From the NCBI GenBank assembly GCA_024763075.1, contig JANTGF010000012.1:8093-72092 (forward strand): 64,000 bases of DNA. The letters are read 5' to 3'. Numbering within the stretch: position 1 is the first letter of the stretch; each line of letters starts with the position of its first letter. The notes beneath the pieces are model-generated. The model saw nothing but the letters and a program-made list of their open reading frames with translations, was not told where the DNA came from and did no database searches. This document shows, piece by piece, positions 17,635 to 25,335 of this stretch. Source of the stretch: Bacteroidales bacterium (GTDB lineage Bacteria > Bacteroidota > Bacteroidia > Bacteroidales > VadinHA17). A program made the position numbers and the translations under genes.

Positions 17635-17642
17635 TATATTTG
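17635..17642 (+). promoter_or_regulatory. -7 promoter box TATATTTG
   Basis: Exact TAnnTTTG match, 43 nt upstream of the ATG at 17685. Confidence 0.4.
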
Positions 17643-17672
17643 TAGTGAAAACAAGAATTATTAATCTTTAAA

Positions 17673-17680
17673 AAGGAGGT
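17673..17680 (+). promoter_or_regulatory. Strong Shine-Dalgarno AAGGAGGT
   Basis: Perfect 8-nt SD with 4 nt of spacing to the ATG at 17685. By eye, no other gene start in the window has anything comparable. Confidence 0.6.
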
Positions 17681-17684
17681 AATT

Positions 17685-17996
17685 ATGCCAAATGGAGATA
17701 GAACAGGACCTTATGGTGAAGGACCACGGACAGGAAGGTCTTTAGGATATTGCGCTGGTTCAGATCGACCGGGCAATGCTTTTGGCTCAGGTCGCGGTTA
17801 TGGTCGTGGGGGTTCCGGAAGAGGTTTTGGTTTTGGATTCCGAAGAGGAATGGGGGCCTTTGGCCATCACTGGTTTGGAGGAGGCAACTATGATGTTTCT
17901 GAGAAGACGCTGCTCGAAAATGAGAAAAGGCTTCTTCAGGATCAGCTGGAAAGCCTGAAGAAAAGGTTATCAGCGCTTGGTGATCAGGATTCGTAA
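17685..17996 (+). CDS. DUF5320 family protein (Gly/Arg-rich with a C-terminal coiled coil)
   Basis: 103 aa. The N-terminus MPNGDRTGPYGEGPRTGRSLGYCAG matches the DUF5320 signature. A GRGYGRGGSGRGFGFGFRRG tract follows, then LENEKRLLQDQLESLKKRL. Confidence 0.7.
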   Translation: MPNGDRTGPYGEGPRTGRSLGYCAGSDRPGNAFGSGRGYGRGGSGRGFGFGFRRGMGAFGHHWFGGGNYDVSEKTLLENEKRLLQDQLESLKKRLSALGDQDS

Positions 17997-18001
17997 AATT
18001 T

Positions 18002-18034
18002 CCGGCAACCTCTTTCTGGTTGCCGGTTTTTTTT
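18002..18034 (+). terminator. Rho-independent terminator
   Basis: 9-bp GC-rich stem CCGGCAACC-tctttct-GGTTGCCGG followed by T8, 5 nt after the stop codon. Confidence 0.85.
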
Positions 18035-18089
18035 ATTATATTTATGGAGGAGCAAAAACAATGATGTTTAAACCTTTAAATAACATGTT

Positions 18090-18371
18090 ATGTATAAATT
18101 GAGAAAGTATCATGGAAATCGTGTTCAGTCATTGACTTACGAAAAGGACAGGACTTCTGCCTCGGTTGGTATTATGGGAGTCGGTGAATATGAATTTGGT
18201 TCCCTGGCCAGAGAAACTTATACGGTAACGTCCGGAAAGATTTCATTGTGGAACAATAAAACGGAGAAGTGGGATTCCTATGTGCCTTTTTCCAGTTTTT
18301 TAATTCCGGAGAATGAGAATTATAAACTCAAAGTGGATGAGATCAGTACTTATCTTTGTGTTTATCATTAA
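18090..18371 (+). CDS. ppnP: Pyrimidine/purine nucleoside phosphorylase PpnP (DUF1255)
   Basis: 93 aa. The length and motifs match PpnP: ...ASVGIMGVGEYEFGSLARETYTVTSGKISL... and the C-terminal STYLCVYH (compare E. coli ...TSYLCRY). Confidence 0.75.
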   Translation: MYKLRKYHGNRVQSLTYEKDRTSASVGIMGVGEYEFGSLARETYTVTSGKISLWNNKTEKWDSYVPFSSFLIPENENYKLKVDEISTYLCVYH

Positions 18372-18607
18372 AATTCAGGCCGGGGTTTTTGCGAACAATT
18401 GAGTACCATGTAGGAATTGCTGTCAAATGAATTCATTATCTGTTATAAGGTATTTCATAGGTTTGAATGAGGATTTAATGTCGTTTTTCTTATTTTGAGA
18501 ATAAATGATAGTATTCGGTTTTTTATGCTTCTATTCCATGTTTGAAAAACGGATTCCGGAAAAATAATTTACCTTTGTTTCCATTTTTTAACAATACAAA
18601 TAAACAA

Positions 18608-19261
18608 ATGGGGAAAATATATCCTGATTCCGGTGTGGAACTAACACCCCTGATCGCAAAGAATTATGACTTGTTAATGAAATTCGGATCCTTTGGCAAA
18701 TATCAGGGATTTATAAACAGAGCTATTGAGAAGATGGATATTAAACCGGGGGATAAAATTCTTGACCTTGGGTGTGGAACAGGTAAAAATACCTGTCTGA
18801 TGAGTAAATTTCTTTCTGAAGATGAAGGTGCGAAGATTGTCGGACTGGATATTTCTGAAGATATGAAGAAGCAGTTTGAAAAGAATTGCCAAGCATTTCC
18901 GTTTATTCAGTTCAAAAAACAAAGGGTTGATGAGTCTTTTGATCTCGAGGAGAAGTTTGACAAAGTTTTTATAAGTTTTGTGATCCATGGTTTTCCTCAT
19001 GATGTCAGATCCGGAGTTATTGAAAACGCCAGGAATCATCTGAAAGATGGAGGAAGTTTTTTTATTCTCGATTTTGCAGAATTTAATATGGAGGAGATGC
19101 CCCCTTTGCATCGTTTCATTTTTAAAAAAATAGAATGTAAGTATGCATTTGACTTTATTGAAAAGGACTGGAAAGAAATCCTGGCTCAATATGGTTTCCA
19201 TGATTTTACTGAAGACCTATTTATAAAAAATTATGTTCGTCTCCTGAAGGCGATGAAATAA
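18608..19261 (+). CDS. Class I SAM-dependent methyltransferase
   Basis: Motif I is ILDLGCGTGKN. The track ORF begins at TTG 18542; ATG 18608 (MGKIYPDS...) is the likelier start. Confidence 0.75.
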   Translation: MGKIYPDSGVELTPLIAKNYDLLMKFGSFGKYQGFINRAIEKMDIKPGDKILDLGCGTGKNTCLMSKFLSEDEGAKIVGLDISEDMKKQFEKNCQAFPFIQFKKQRVDESFDLEEKFDKVFISFVIHGFPHDVRSGVIENARNHLKDGGSFFILDFAEFNMEEMPPLHRFIFKKIECKYAFDFIEKDWKEILAQYGFHDFTEDLFIKNYVRLLKAMK

Positions 19262-19321
19262 ACCAATGAAACTAGGATCGTTAGGAAAATAATTTTAAAT
19301 GATCAGTTGCAAAAGGATATA

Positions 19322-19329
19322 TATATTTG
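19322..19329 (+). promoter_or_regulatory. -7 promoter box TATATTTG
   Basis: Exact consensus match, 16 nt upstream of the ATG at 19345. Confidence 0.35.
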
Positions 19330-19344
19330 TGAAAAAATAATACT

Positions 19345-19644
19345 ATGATGAATCTGGAAGAAGTTTATGCAATAGTCAAGGATGTCAGGCATCCTGCCAT
19401 CGATCATACTTTGTTTGATCTTGGAATTATTAAAGAAGTAAATCTGGAAGGTGAAACTGTTTCGGTTGTATTTGCTTTTCCTTTTCCCAATATACCTATT
19501 GAGGATCAGTTGGTAGGATCAGTTGCTGAACCTTTGATTGAAAAAGGCGCTGAATTTATGTATAAGGTGGATCTGATGACGGAAGAGGAAAAAAGTAAAT
19601 TTATGAAAATGGAAGCGGAAGCCTGGAAAGGAAGTGCTATCTAA
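19345..19644 (+). CDS. DUF59 (MIP18/SufT-like) metal-sulfur cluster assembly factor
   Basis: 99 aa. VKDVRHPAIDHTLFDLGIIKEV is the typical DUF59 core. Confidence 0.7.
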   Translation: MMNLEEVYAIVKDVRHPAIDHTLFDLGIIKEVNLEGETVSVVFAFPFPNIPIEDQLVGSVAEPLIEKGAEFMYKVDLMTEEEKSKFMKMEAEAWKGSAI

Positions 19645-19673
19645 TATTTTCGTATCACCAAGGATTTAAATTT

Positions 19674-20090
19674 ATGAAAATACTTATGATCTTTATGGAC
19701 AGGTTTCTTTATAAACCAACTATAAAAACACTGGAAGATTTTCCCGGGCATACAGAATCCGGAGTTTTTGAAAATGCTGAAGTAGCTTTCATTCATGCTG
19801 AGGAGGAAGATCAGGACGAAGACCGGATCAGGGCAATTGAAAAAAAACTGATCAAGAATCTGAAATGGATAGCTGGGAAGAATCAGACAAAAACCATTGT
19901 TCTCCACTCCTTTGCTCATTTGTCAGAAAGCAAAGCCGACCCGGGTTTTACAAAAGAATTTTTTGACAGGGTTGAAGTGCGTCTGAAAAATACCGGTTAT
20001 GAGGTTTTCCAGACTCCGTTTGGGTATTTTCTTGATCTTGAGGTAAATGCGCCAGGTCATTCTCTTGCACGCGTATTTAAGAGCCTCTAA
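19674..20090 (+). CDS. Free-standing threonyl-tRNA synthetase editing-domain homologue (archaeal tRNA-Thr_ED type)
   Basis: 138 aa. It is collinear with my recollection of the Pyrococcus ThrRS N-terminal editing domain: MKILMIFMDRFLYKP versus MRVLLIHSDYIEYEV; IVLHSFAHLSESKADP versus VFVYPFAHLSSELAKP; TPFGYFLDLEVNAPGHSLARVFK versus [23 protein letters not shown]. Confidence 0.65.
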   Translation: MKILMIFMDRFLYKPTIKTLEDFPGHTESGVFENAEVAFIHAEEEDQDEDRIRAIEKKLIKNLKWIAGKNQTKTIVLHSFAHLSESKADPGFTKEFFDRVEVRLKNTGYEVFQTPFGYFLDLEVNAPGHSLARVFKSL

Positions 20091-20146
20091 TATCCTTAAC
20101 TCTGACTCGTAATCCCTCTCCATAGATAAATACTCGCTTCAATTTT

Positions 20147-20635
20147 ATGAAACCTCAGCCCATACAGTTACAGCAGATAGGATCAATAAAAACGCCCTAT
20201 ATCGATAAAGCTCCCTATCAGCCTTATGAAGACAAACTAAGCCGCTTTGAGGTAGAAGTTTTCCCTGAATTTGAGGAAGGCCTGAATGGGATCGAATCTT
20301 TTCATTACCTGATGCTGTTTTTCTATCTTGACAGAGCTGACTTGTCAGGGAAATTAATGGTGGATGTAAGCTGGGCAAATATCGAAACCGGCGTTTTCTC
20401 CACCCGTTCCCCGGATCGCCCGAATCCCATTGGATTTAGCATTGTCAGATTACTTCAACGGGAGAGAAATATTTTGCATATTTCCGGCATTGATGCCTTT
20501 GATAACACACCTTTGCTTGATATTAAACCTTACATTCTGGATCTGGATTCCAAAAAGGATGCAAACAATGGCTGGGTGGATGAGTTAGAGGATAAAGAAC
20601 ACATGAGCCTGCACCTGAGGGGTATCCCACATTAG
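20147..20635 (+). CDS. trmO: tRNA (m6t6A37) methyltransferase TrmO / TsaA family
   Basis: 162 aa. Motifs: IGSIKTPY..., FSTRSPDRPNPIGFSIVRLL, IDAFDNTPLLDIKPY (compare E. coli YaeB/TrmO). Confidence 0.8.
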   Translation: MKPQPIQLQQIGSIKTPYIDKAPYQPYEDKLSRFEVEVFPEFEEGLNGIESFHYLMLFFYLDRADLSGKLMVDVSWANIETGVFSTRSPDRPNPIGFSIVRLLQRERNILHISGIDAFDNTPLLDIKPYILDLDSKKDANNGWVDELEDKEHMSLHLRGIPH

Positions 20636-20755
20636 TTTTAGTTTTTTACGAAGCATTATTTTGCATCCTAAAGATGTAATTATCTGGATTATTTTATATC
20701 TTTAAGCGGTAAGTTGATATTATTCCATTATTTTTTCAATCTAATATTTGTAAAG

Positions 20756-22213
20756 ATGGCCAGAATTGTTGTATTAGGCGCTGGGATCTCGGGTCACACT
20801 GCTGCCGCTTTTATCAAAAAGAAACTGGGGAAAAAGCATGAGGTTATTGTGATTAGTCCAAATAAGAATTACCAATGGATTCCGTCCAACATATGGGTAG
20901 GGGTCGGGAAAATGAAACCGGAACAGATTTATTTTCCCCTGAAAAAAGTTTACAAACGGTGGAAGATTGATTTCCGGCAGGCAGTTGCCAGAGAAATTCA
21001 CCCCGAAGGAGATAAGGAAGATTCGACTCCTTTCGTCACTATTGAATATACCGGTGAAGATCATACCGGTAAGACCGATAAGATAAGTTATGATTTTCTG
21101 GTGAATGCAACCGGCCCCAAACTTAAGTTTGAAGCAACGGAAGGACTGGGCCCTGGTAAGCATACTGTATCGGTTTGTTCTTACAAACATGCTGCAGAGG
21201 CCTGGGAGCAACTGAATTCAGCTATGGACAGGATGGCAAAGGGCGAAAATCTTAAGTTTCTGATAGGAACCGGACACCCTATGGCTACCTGTCAGGGAGC
21301 CGCTTTTGAGTATGTACTGAATGTGGCTTATGAAATCAATAAGCGGGGACTCAGAGATAGGGCTGATATTACATGGATATCAAATGAATATGAGCTGGGT
21401 GATTTTGGCATGGGCGGTGCTTTCATAAAAAGGGGAGGGTACATTACACCCACCAAGGTTTTTGCTGAATCTATTTTTGCCGAGTACGGTATCAAATGGA
21501 TCAAGCAAGCCGGGGTTTATAAAGTGGAGCAGGGAAAAGCCTTTTATGAAACACTGGATGGGGAATATAAAACAGCAGACTTTGATTTTGCCATGCTGAT
21601 CCCGGCCTTTAGCGGGCCCGGAATGAGAGCTTATGATAAAACGGGTGCAGAAATAACAGAAAAACTATTTGCCCCCAATGGCTTTATGAAAGTGGATGCC
21701 GATTATTCAGGTAAGCCTTTTGAGGAATGGAGCACCAGTGACTGGCCTTCAACCTATCAGAATCCGGATTATAAAAATATCTTTGCTCCCGGGATTGCTT
21801 TTGCCCCTCCGCATTCAATCTCAAAACCCATGAAAAGCAAAAACGGCACACCCATTTTTCCGGCACCACCACGAACGGGAATGCCCTCTGGTGTTATGGG
21901 TAAGGTTGTCGCCCTGAATATTATTAATGAAGTGAAGAAGGGGAAGCATGAATATAAGCATAAGGCTTCCATGGCGAAAATGGGCGCTGCATGTGTGGTT
22001 TCTGCCGGTTTTAGCTTTACCCGTGGAAATGCGGCTACCATGACTGTTTTTCCGGTGGTACCCGACTGGGAAAAGTATCCGGAATGGGGCAGGGATATAA
22101 ATTACACCGTAGGTGAAGCCGGACTGGCAGGACACTGGATAAAATTATTTCTGCATTATATGTTTTTGCATAAAGCCAAGGGTTATCCGTTCTGGTGGCT
22201 ATTACCCGAATAA
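20756..22213 (+). CDS. NAD(P)/FAD-dependent oxidoreductase, sulfide:quinone oxidoreductase-like
   Basis: The start is set at MARIVVLGAGISGHTAA (Rossmann GxGxxG); the track ORF begins 42 nt earlier. Size and layout resemble SQR/NDH-2-type flavoproteins. The C-terminus is amphipathic and hydrophobic (HWIKLFLHYMFLHKAKGYPFWWLLPE). Confidence 0.65.
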   Translation: MARIVVLGAGISGHTAAAFIKKKLGKKHEVIVISPNKNYQWIPSNIWVGVGKMKPEQIYFPLKKVYKRWKIDFRQAVAREIHPEGDKEDSTPFVTIEYTGEDHTGKTDKISYDFLVNATGPKLKFEATEGLGPGKHTVSVCSYKHAAEAWEQLNSAMDRMAKGENLKFLIGTGHPMATCQGAAFEYVLNVAYEINKRGLRDRADITWISNEYELGDFGMGGAFIKRGGYITPTKVFAESIFAEYGIKWIKQAGVYKVEQGKAFYETLDGEYKTADFDFAMLIPAFSGPGMRAYDKTGAEITEKLFAPNGFMKVDADYSGKPFEEWSTSDWPSTYQNPDYKNIFAPGIAFAPPHSISKPMKSKNGTPIFPAPPRTGMPSGVMGKVVALNIINEVKKGKHEYKHKASMAKMGAACVVSAGFSFTRGNAATMTVFPVVPDWEKYPEWGRDINYTVGEAGLAGHWIKLFLHYMFLHKAKGYPFWWLLPE

Positions 22214-22252
22214 TTAATAAGGAAATTCAGAATATTATAAATAACAGTACAA

Positions 22253-22411
22253 ATGAGCACAAATAAAGTCAGGGCATATTACGATGAGGCTTATCCTCCC
22301 ATACCCACCAAAGCTACCCGCTTCTGGAGAAGAAGTATCTTGTGGCAGCTTGTCAGGTTTTTTGTTTTAAATCTGAAAATAATGAGGATCATCGTGGGTG
22401 GCCACTCATAA
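22253..22411 (+). CDS. Candidate 52-aa small membrane protein (below the ORF-track cutoff)
   Basis: ATG lies 40 nt after the SQR-like stop. The product is MSTNKVRAYYDEAYPPIPTKATRFWRRSILWQLVRFFVLNLKIMRIIVGGHS, with one predicted TM helix after a basic stretch. It is on the same strand as the upstream gene. Confidence 0.35.
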   Translation: MSTNKVRAYYDEAYPPIPTKATRFWRRSILWQLVRFFVLNLKIMRIIVGGHS

Positions 22412-22490
22412 TAAATGGTTGAGATGTTTGGTCTGGAAATTGACAATTAGGTGAGACCTGATGGAAGTTTTTTCCATTTTTTACGAATTT

Positions 22491-22590
22491 GGTTCAACCA
22501 CCTCCGGGGTTGTGGGCCATAGAGAATACTCATACCCCCGGGTGTTACCGGGGTTACCTTCTTCAACCCCTCCGGGGTTTTCTCATAGTG
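22491..22590. repeat. Cluster of GC-rich CCCCGG/CCGGGG hairpins (REP/MITE-like element)
   Basis: Three closely spaced stem-loops: CAACCACCTCCGGGGTTGTGG, ACCCCCGGGTGTTACCGGGGT and AACCCCTCCGGGGTT. A related hairpin, CAACCCTTGCAGGGTTG, lies at 22805..22821. The GC content stands out from the AT-rich flanks. Confidence 0.45.
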
Positions 22591-22859
22591 TAAATAAAGT
22601 GAAGCATAATACCAGAAGAGCCCCGGAATGAAAAGTTTTATCCACAGTATATCTGTGGTCATCATCAATTCACTTCCTGTTTTGTGCAATGCATGACCCA
22701 AAATAGAAATTTTAATGAGCTAAATCACTGATAATTAACGATAAAAATAAAAAGCTTTGTTTCCGTGTACAAAACAGCTGTGGCTATCACCAGTCCACTT
22801 CTGTCAACCCTTGCAGGGTTGAAGCATCTCATTTGAAAACCGAAATCCTTTTCCACTTG

Positions 22860-23621
22860 TTATTCTATATCAAAAAGATCTTCCGGGTAGGAGATATCCG
22901 TAAGAAACAACCCCTGTGCCGGAGCAGAGGGTCCGGCTGCAGAGCGGTCTTTCCGGGAAATAATATTTTCAATTTCTTCCGGTCTGATCTTTTCAGTTCC
23001 CACCTGCAAAAGGGTTCCCACAATGGCCCGGACCATATTCCTCAAAAACCGGTCGGCTTTTATTGTGAAAACAAGCTTGTTATTTTCTTCTTTCCAGTCT
23101 GCCTCCATGATTTTGCAGATATTTGTTTTTGTGGGTGAGTGCAAGCGGCTGAAACTGGTAAAATCGGCTTCCCGGATAAGAGAATGTGCAGCTTCCTGCA
23201 TCAGGGGAAGTGAGAATTTCCCATGATAAAAATATGCCAGGTCAGTTAGAAAAGGATCTTTTTTCCTTATAATATGATACTCATAAGTTCTCGAAATAGC
23301 ATCAAATCTGGCATGAGCATCCTGCTTTACAGGAACAACCTCCTGAACTGCAATATCTTCAGTAAGTAAACCGTTGCATTGATAAATAAAGCGGTTTTTG
23401 TCAGAGGATAAATTGGAATTTGTATCAAAGTGTGCATAAAAACAGGAAGCATGAACTCCGGTATCCGTACGCCCGGCACCTGTTATCTCCGTTTTTTTTC
23501 CAAGAATAACAGATAAGGTTTTCGCAACAATTTCCTGTACGGAAACTGCATTTGGCTGAATTTGCCAGCCATGATAATTTGTTCCACGGTAGGACAAGCG
23601 TATGAAATATCGGTAGATCAA
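22860..23621 (-). CDS. truA: tRNA pseudouridine(38-40) synthase
   Basis: 253 aa. Motifs: YRGTNYHGWQIQ, GAGRTDTGVHA (catalytic Asp), FLRNMVR. Confidence 0.9.
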   Translation of the reverse strand: MIYRYFIRLSYRGTNYHGWQIQPNAVSVQEIVAKTLSVILGKKTEITGAGRTDTGVHASCFYAHFDTNSNLSSDKNRFIYQCNGLLTEDIAVQEVVPVKQDAHARFDAISRTYEYHIIRKKDPFLTDLAYFYHGKFSLPLMQEAAHSLIREADFTSFSRLHSPTKTNICKIMEADWKEENNKLVFTIKADRFLRNMVRAIVGTLLQVGTEKIRPEEIENIISRKDRSAAGPSAPAQGLFLTDISYPEDLFDIE

Positions 23622-23778
23622 AATATTATTTTACCACAAATTTAGAAATATTCGGCTAATCAATAACAAATGTTTCGTACTTAAAGGTAGTTGTATGATA
23701 TTAAATAAGTTGTAAAATCCATAACTAAATTATATCCATGATAATTAATTACTTAATATTTCCATTTTTGAACTTTTT

Positions 23779-23873
23779 ACTTTGTGATACTTTGTGCATT
23801 CCTTAGTGTTCCTTAGTGGTAATAAAGAGTATCCAATCTTAACCACCAAGGCCCCAAAGGATATCACAAAGGA
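23779..23873. repeat. Imperfect palindromic CTTTGTGATA... element (MITE/REP-like)
   Basis: Left arm: CTTTGTGATACTTTGTGCATTCCTTAGTG..GTGGTAA. The reverse complement of the right arm is CTTTGTGATATCCTTTGGGGCCTTGGTGGTTAA. A single arm recurs at 40367..40399. Confidence 0.5.
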
Positions 23874-24313
23874 CTTACCAAGTTCAACAATCTTAATATC
23901 AATAAATTATGCCAAAATATTTTACCTGCGAAACATTAATCAATAACTGCTTCTTTCATTTACCTCTGTTTATTGGGATAATTTCTTTTTCAATCATTTC
24001 ATAAAAACTATTTAATCAAAATCTGACAGGTTTTCAGTTTTTAAGGATGTTTAGAAAAAGTGTAATTTTAATTTCACCGGGCTGCGGTGGATCAAAGATG
24101 AAGCTTAAATTCCAACAGATTGAATACGCTGAATGTGCATTTTAAGGATTATAAACTACCTTTAACATTTTTTAACTTTGGAGAAGACAAAAAATCATGA
24201 AATTTGTAGGCACAGTTTTTGATATTTATACGGGAAATGTTTTTCCGGATAAGTTTTAAGCCTTGAAATCTAAAAAATATATTTTTTCAAAATAATGATA
24301 ATATAAAAAAGTT

Positions 24314-25309
24314 ATGGACAATCAGGTGGATATTAGAGAGTTAAATGAGAGGATCGAAAGGGAAAGTTCTTTCGTGGAATTATTGAACATGGAGATGAAA
24401 AAAGTGATCATTGGTCAGAAACATCTTTTAGACAGTTTGCTGATCGGTCTCCTGTCAAATGGTCATATTTTACTGGAAGGTTTGCCAGGCCTGGCAAAAA
24501 CCCTGGCAATTAAAACGCTTGCCGATACCGTTGATGCGGATTTCAGCCGCATCCAGTTTACTCCGGACCTGCTGCCGGCTGATGTTATCGGAACACTGGT
24601 GTACAGTCAGAAGAAAGAAGAATTTCTTATTCAGAAAGGACCAATTTTTGCCAATTTTATCCTGGCAGATGAAATTAACAGATCTCCTGCAAAAGTACAG
24701 AGTGCCCTGTTGGAAGCAATGCAGGAACGGCAGGTGACCATTGGTACGGAAACATACCCCTTGCCAAATCCTTTTCTGGTACTGGCTACTCAAAACCCGA
24801 TTGAACAGGAAGGAACTTATCCTTTGCCGGAAGCACAGGTTGACAGGTTTATGCTCAAGGTTGTGATCAATTATCCGGTGAAAGAAGAGGAAAGGCTCAT
24901 CATTCGTGAGAATCTGGCTGAAAACTTCCCGGAGCCGCAACACATTCTGAAACCGGAAGATATTGTGAAAGCAAGAAAAACGGTTCGGGAGGTTTACCTG
25001 GACGAGAAGATTGAAAAATATATACTGGATATTGTATTTTCAACCAGAAATCCTGAAGAATACGGATTGCCTGATTTTAAAAATCTGATTGCCTACGGTG
25101 GCTCACCTCGTGCGAGTATAAACCTGGCAATGGCTGCCAAAGCTTATGCATTTATAAAGAGAAGAGGTTATGTAAGGCCGGAGGATGTCCGTCAGGTTTG
25201 TCATGATGTAATGCGTCATAGACTGGGTCTGACTTATGAGGCCGAAGCTGAAAATATTACATCAGAGGAGATTATTTCCAAAATTCTGGATACGGTTGAG
25301 GTACCGTAA
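24314..25309 (+). CDS. MoxR-family AAA+ ATPase (first gene of the Bat operon)
   Basis: 331 aa. Walker A LLEGLPGLAKT, Walker B ILADEINRSPAKVQSALLEAMQE, then ATQNPIEQEGTYPLPEAQVDRF. Confidence 0.9.
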   Translation: MDNQVDIRELNERIERESSFVELLNMEMKKVIIGQKHLLDSLLIGLLSNGHILLEGLPGLAKTLAIKTLADTVDADFSRIQFTPDLLPADVIGTLVYSQKKEEFLIQKGPIFANFILADEINRSPAKVQSALLEAMQERQVTIGTETYPLPNPFLVLATQNPIEQEGTYPLPEAQVDRFMLKVVINYPVKEEERLIIRENLAENFPEPQHILKPEDIVKARKTVREVYLDEKIEKYILDIVFSTRNPEEYGLPDFKNLIAYGGSPRASINLAMAAKAYAFIKRRGYVRPEDVRQVCHDVMRHRLGLTYEAEAENITSEEIISKILDTVEVP

Positions 25310-25335
25310 AAATTATTCACCGGGAAATTATAAAG

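Noticed and set aside
18674-19201. 175-aa minus-strand ORF
   Set aside because: It is antisense to the SAM-methyltransferase gene, which carries the diagnostic motif I. This is a typical shadow ORF in AT-rich DNA.
22447-22701. 84-aa minus-strand ORF in the gap before truA
   Set aside because: It reads straight through the GC-rich hairpin cluster, giving the peptide ...GLKKVTPVTPGGMSILYGPQPRRWLN... This looks like translation of a REP/MITE-like element rather than a gene.
23622-24313. Long (690-bp) intergenic region examined for a structured RNA gene (tmRNA, 6S, RNase P, SRP) or a small protein
   Set aside because: It is very AT-rich, with no extended conserved-looking helices apart from the MITE-like palindrome. 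Only 20-32-codon ORFs without context are present. I cannot exclude a small RNA without Infernal or RNA-seq.
24470-24943. 157-aa minus-strand ORF and 92-aa plus-strand ORF inside the MoxR gene
   Set aside because: Both overlap the MoxR coding frame, which has Walker A and B motifs. Neither has recognisable motifs.
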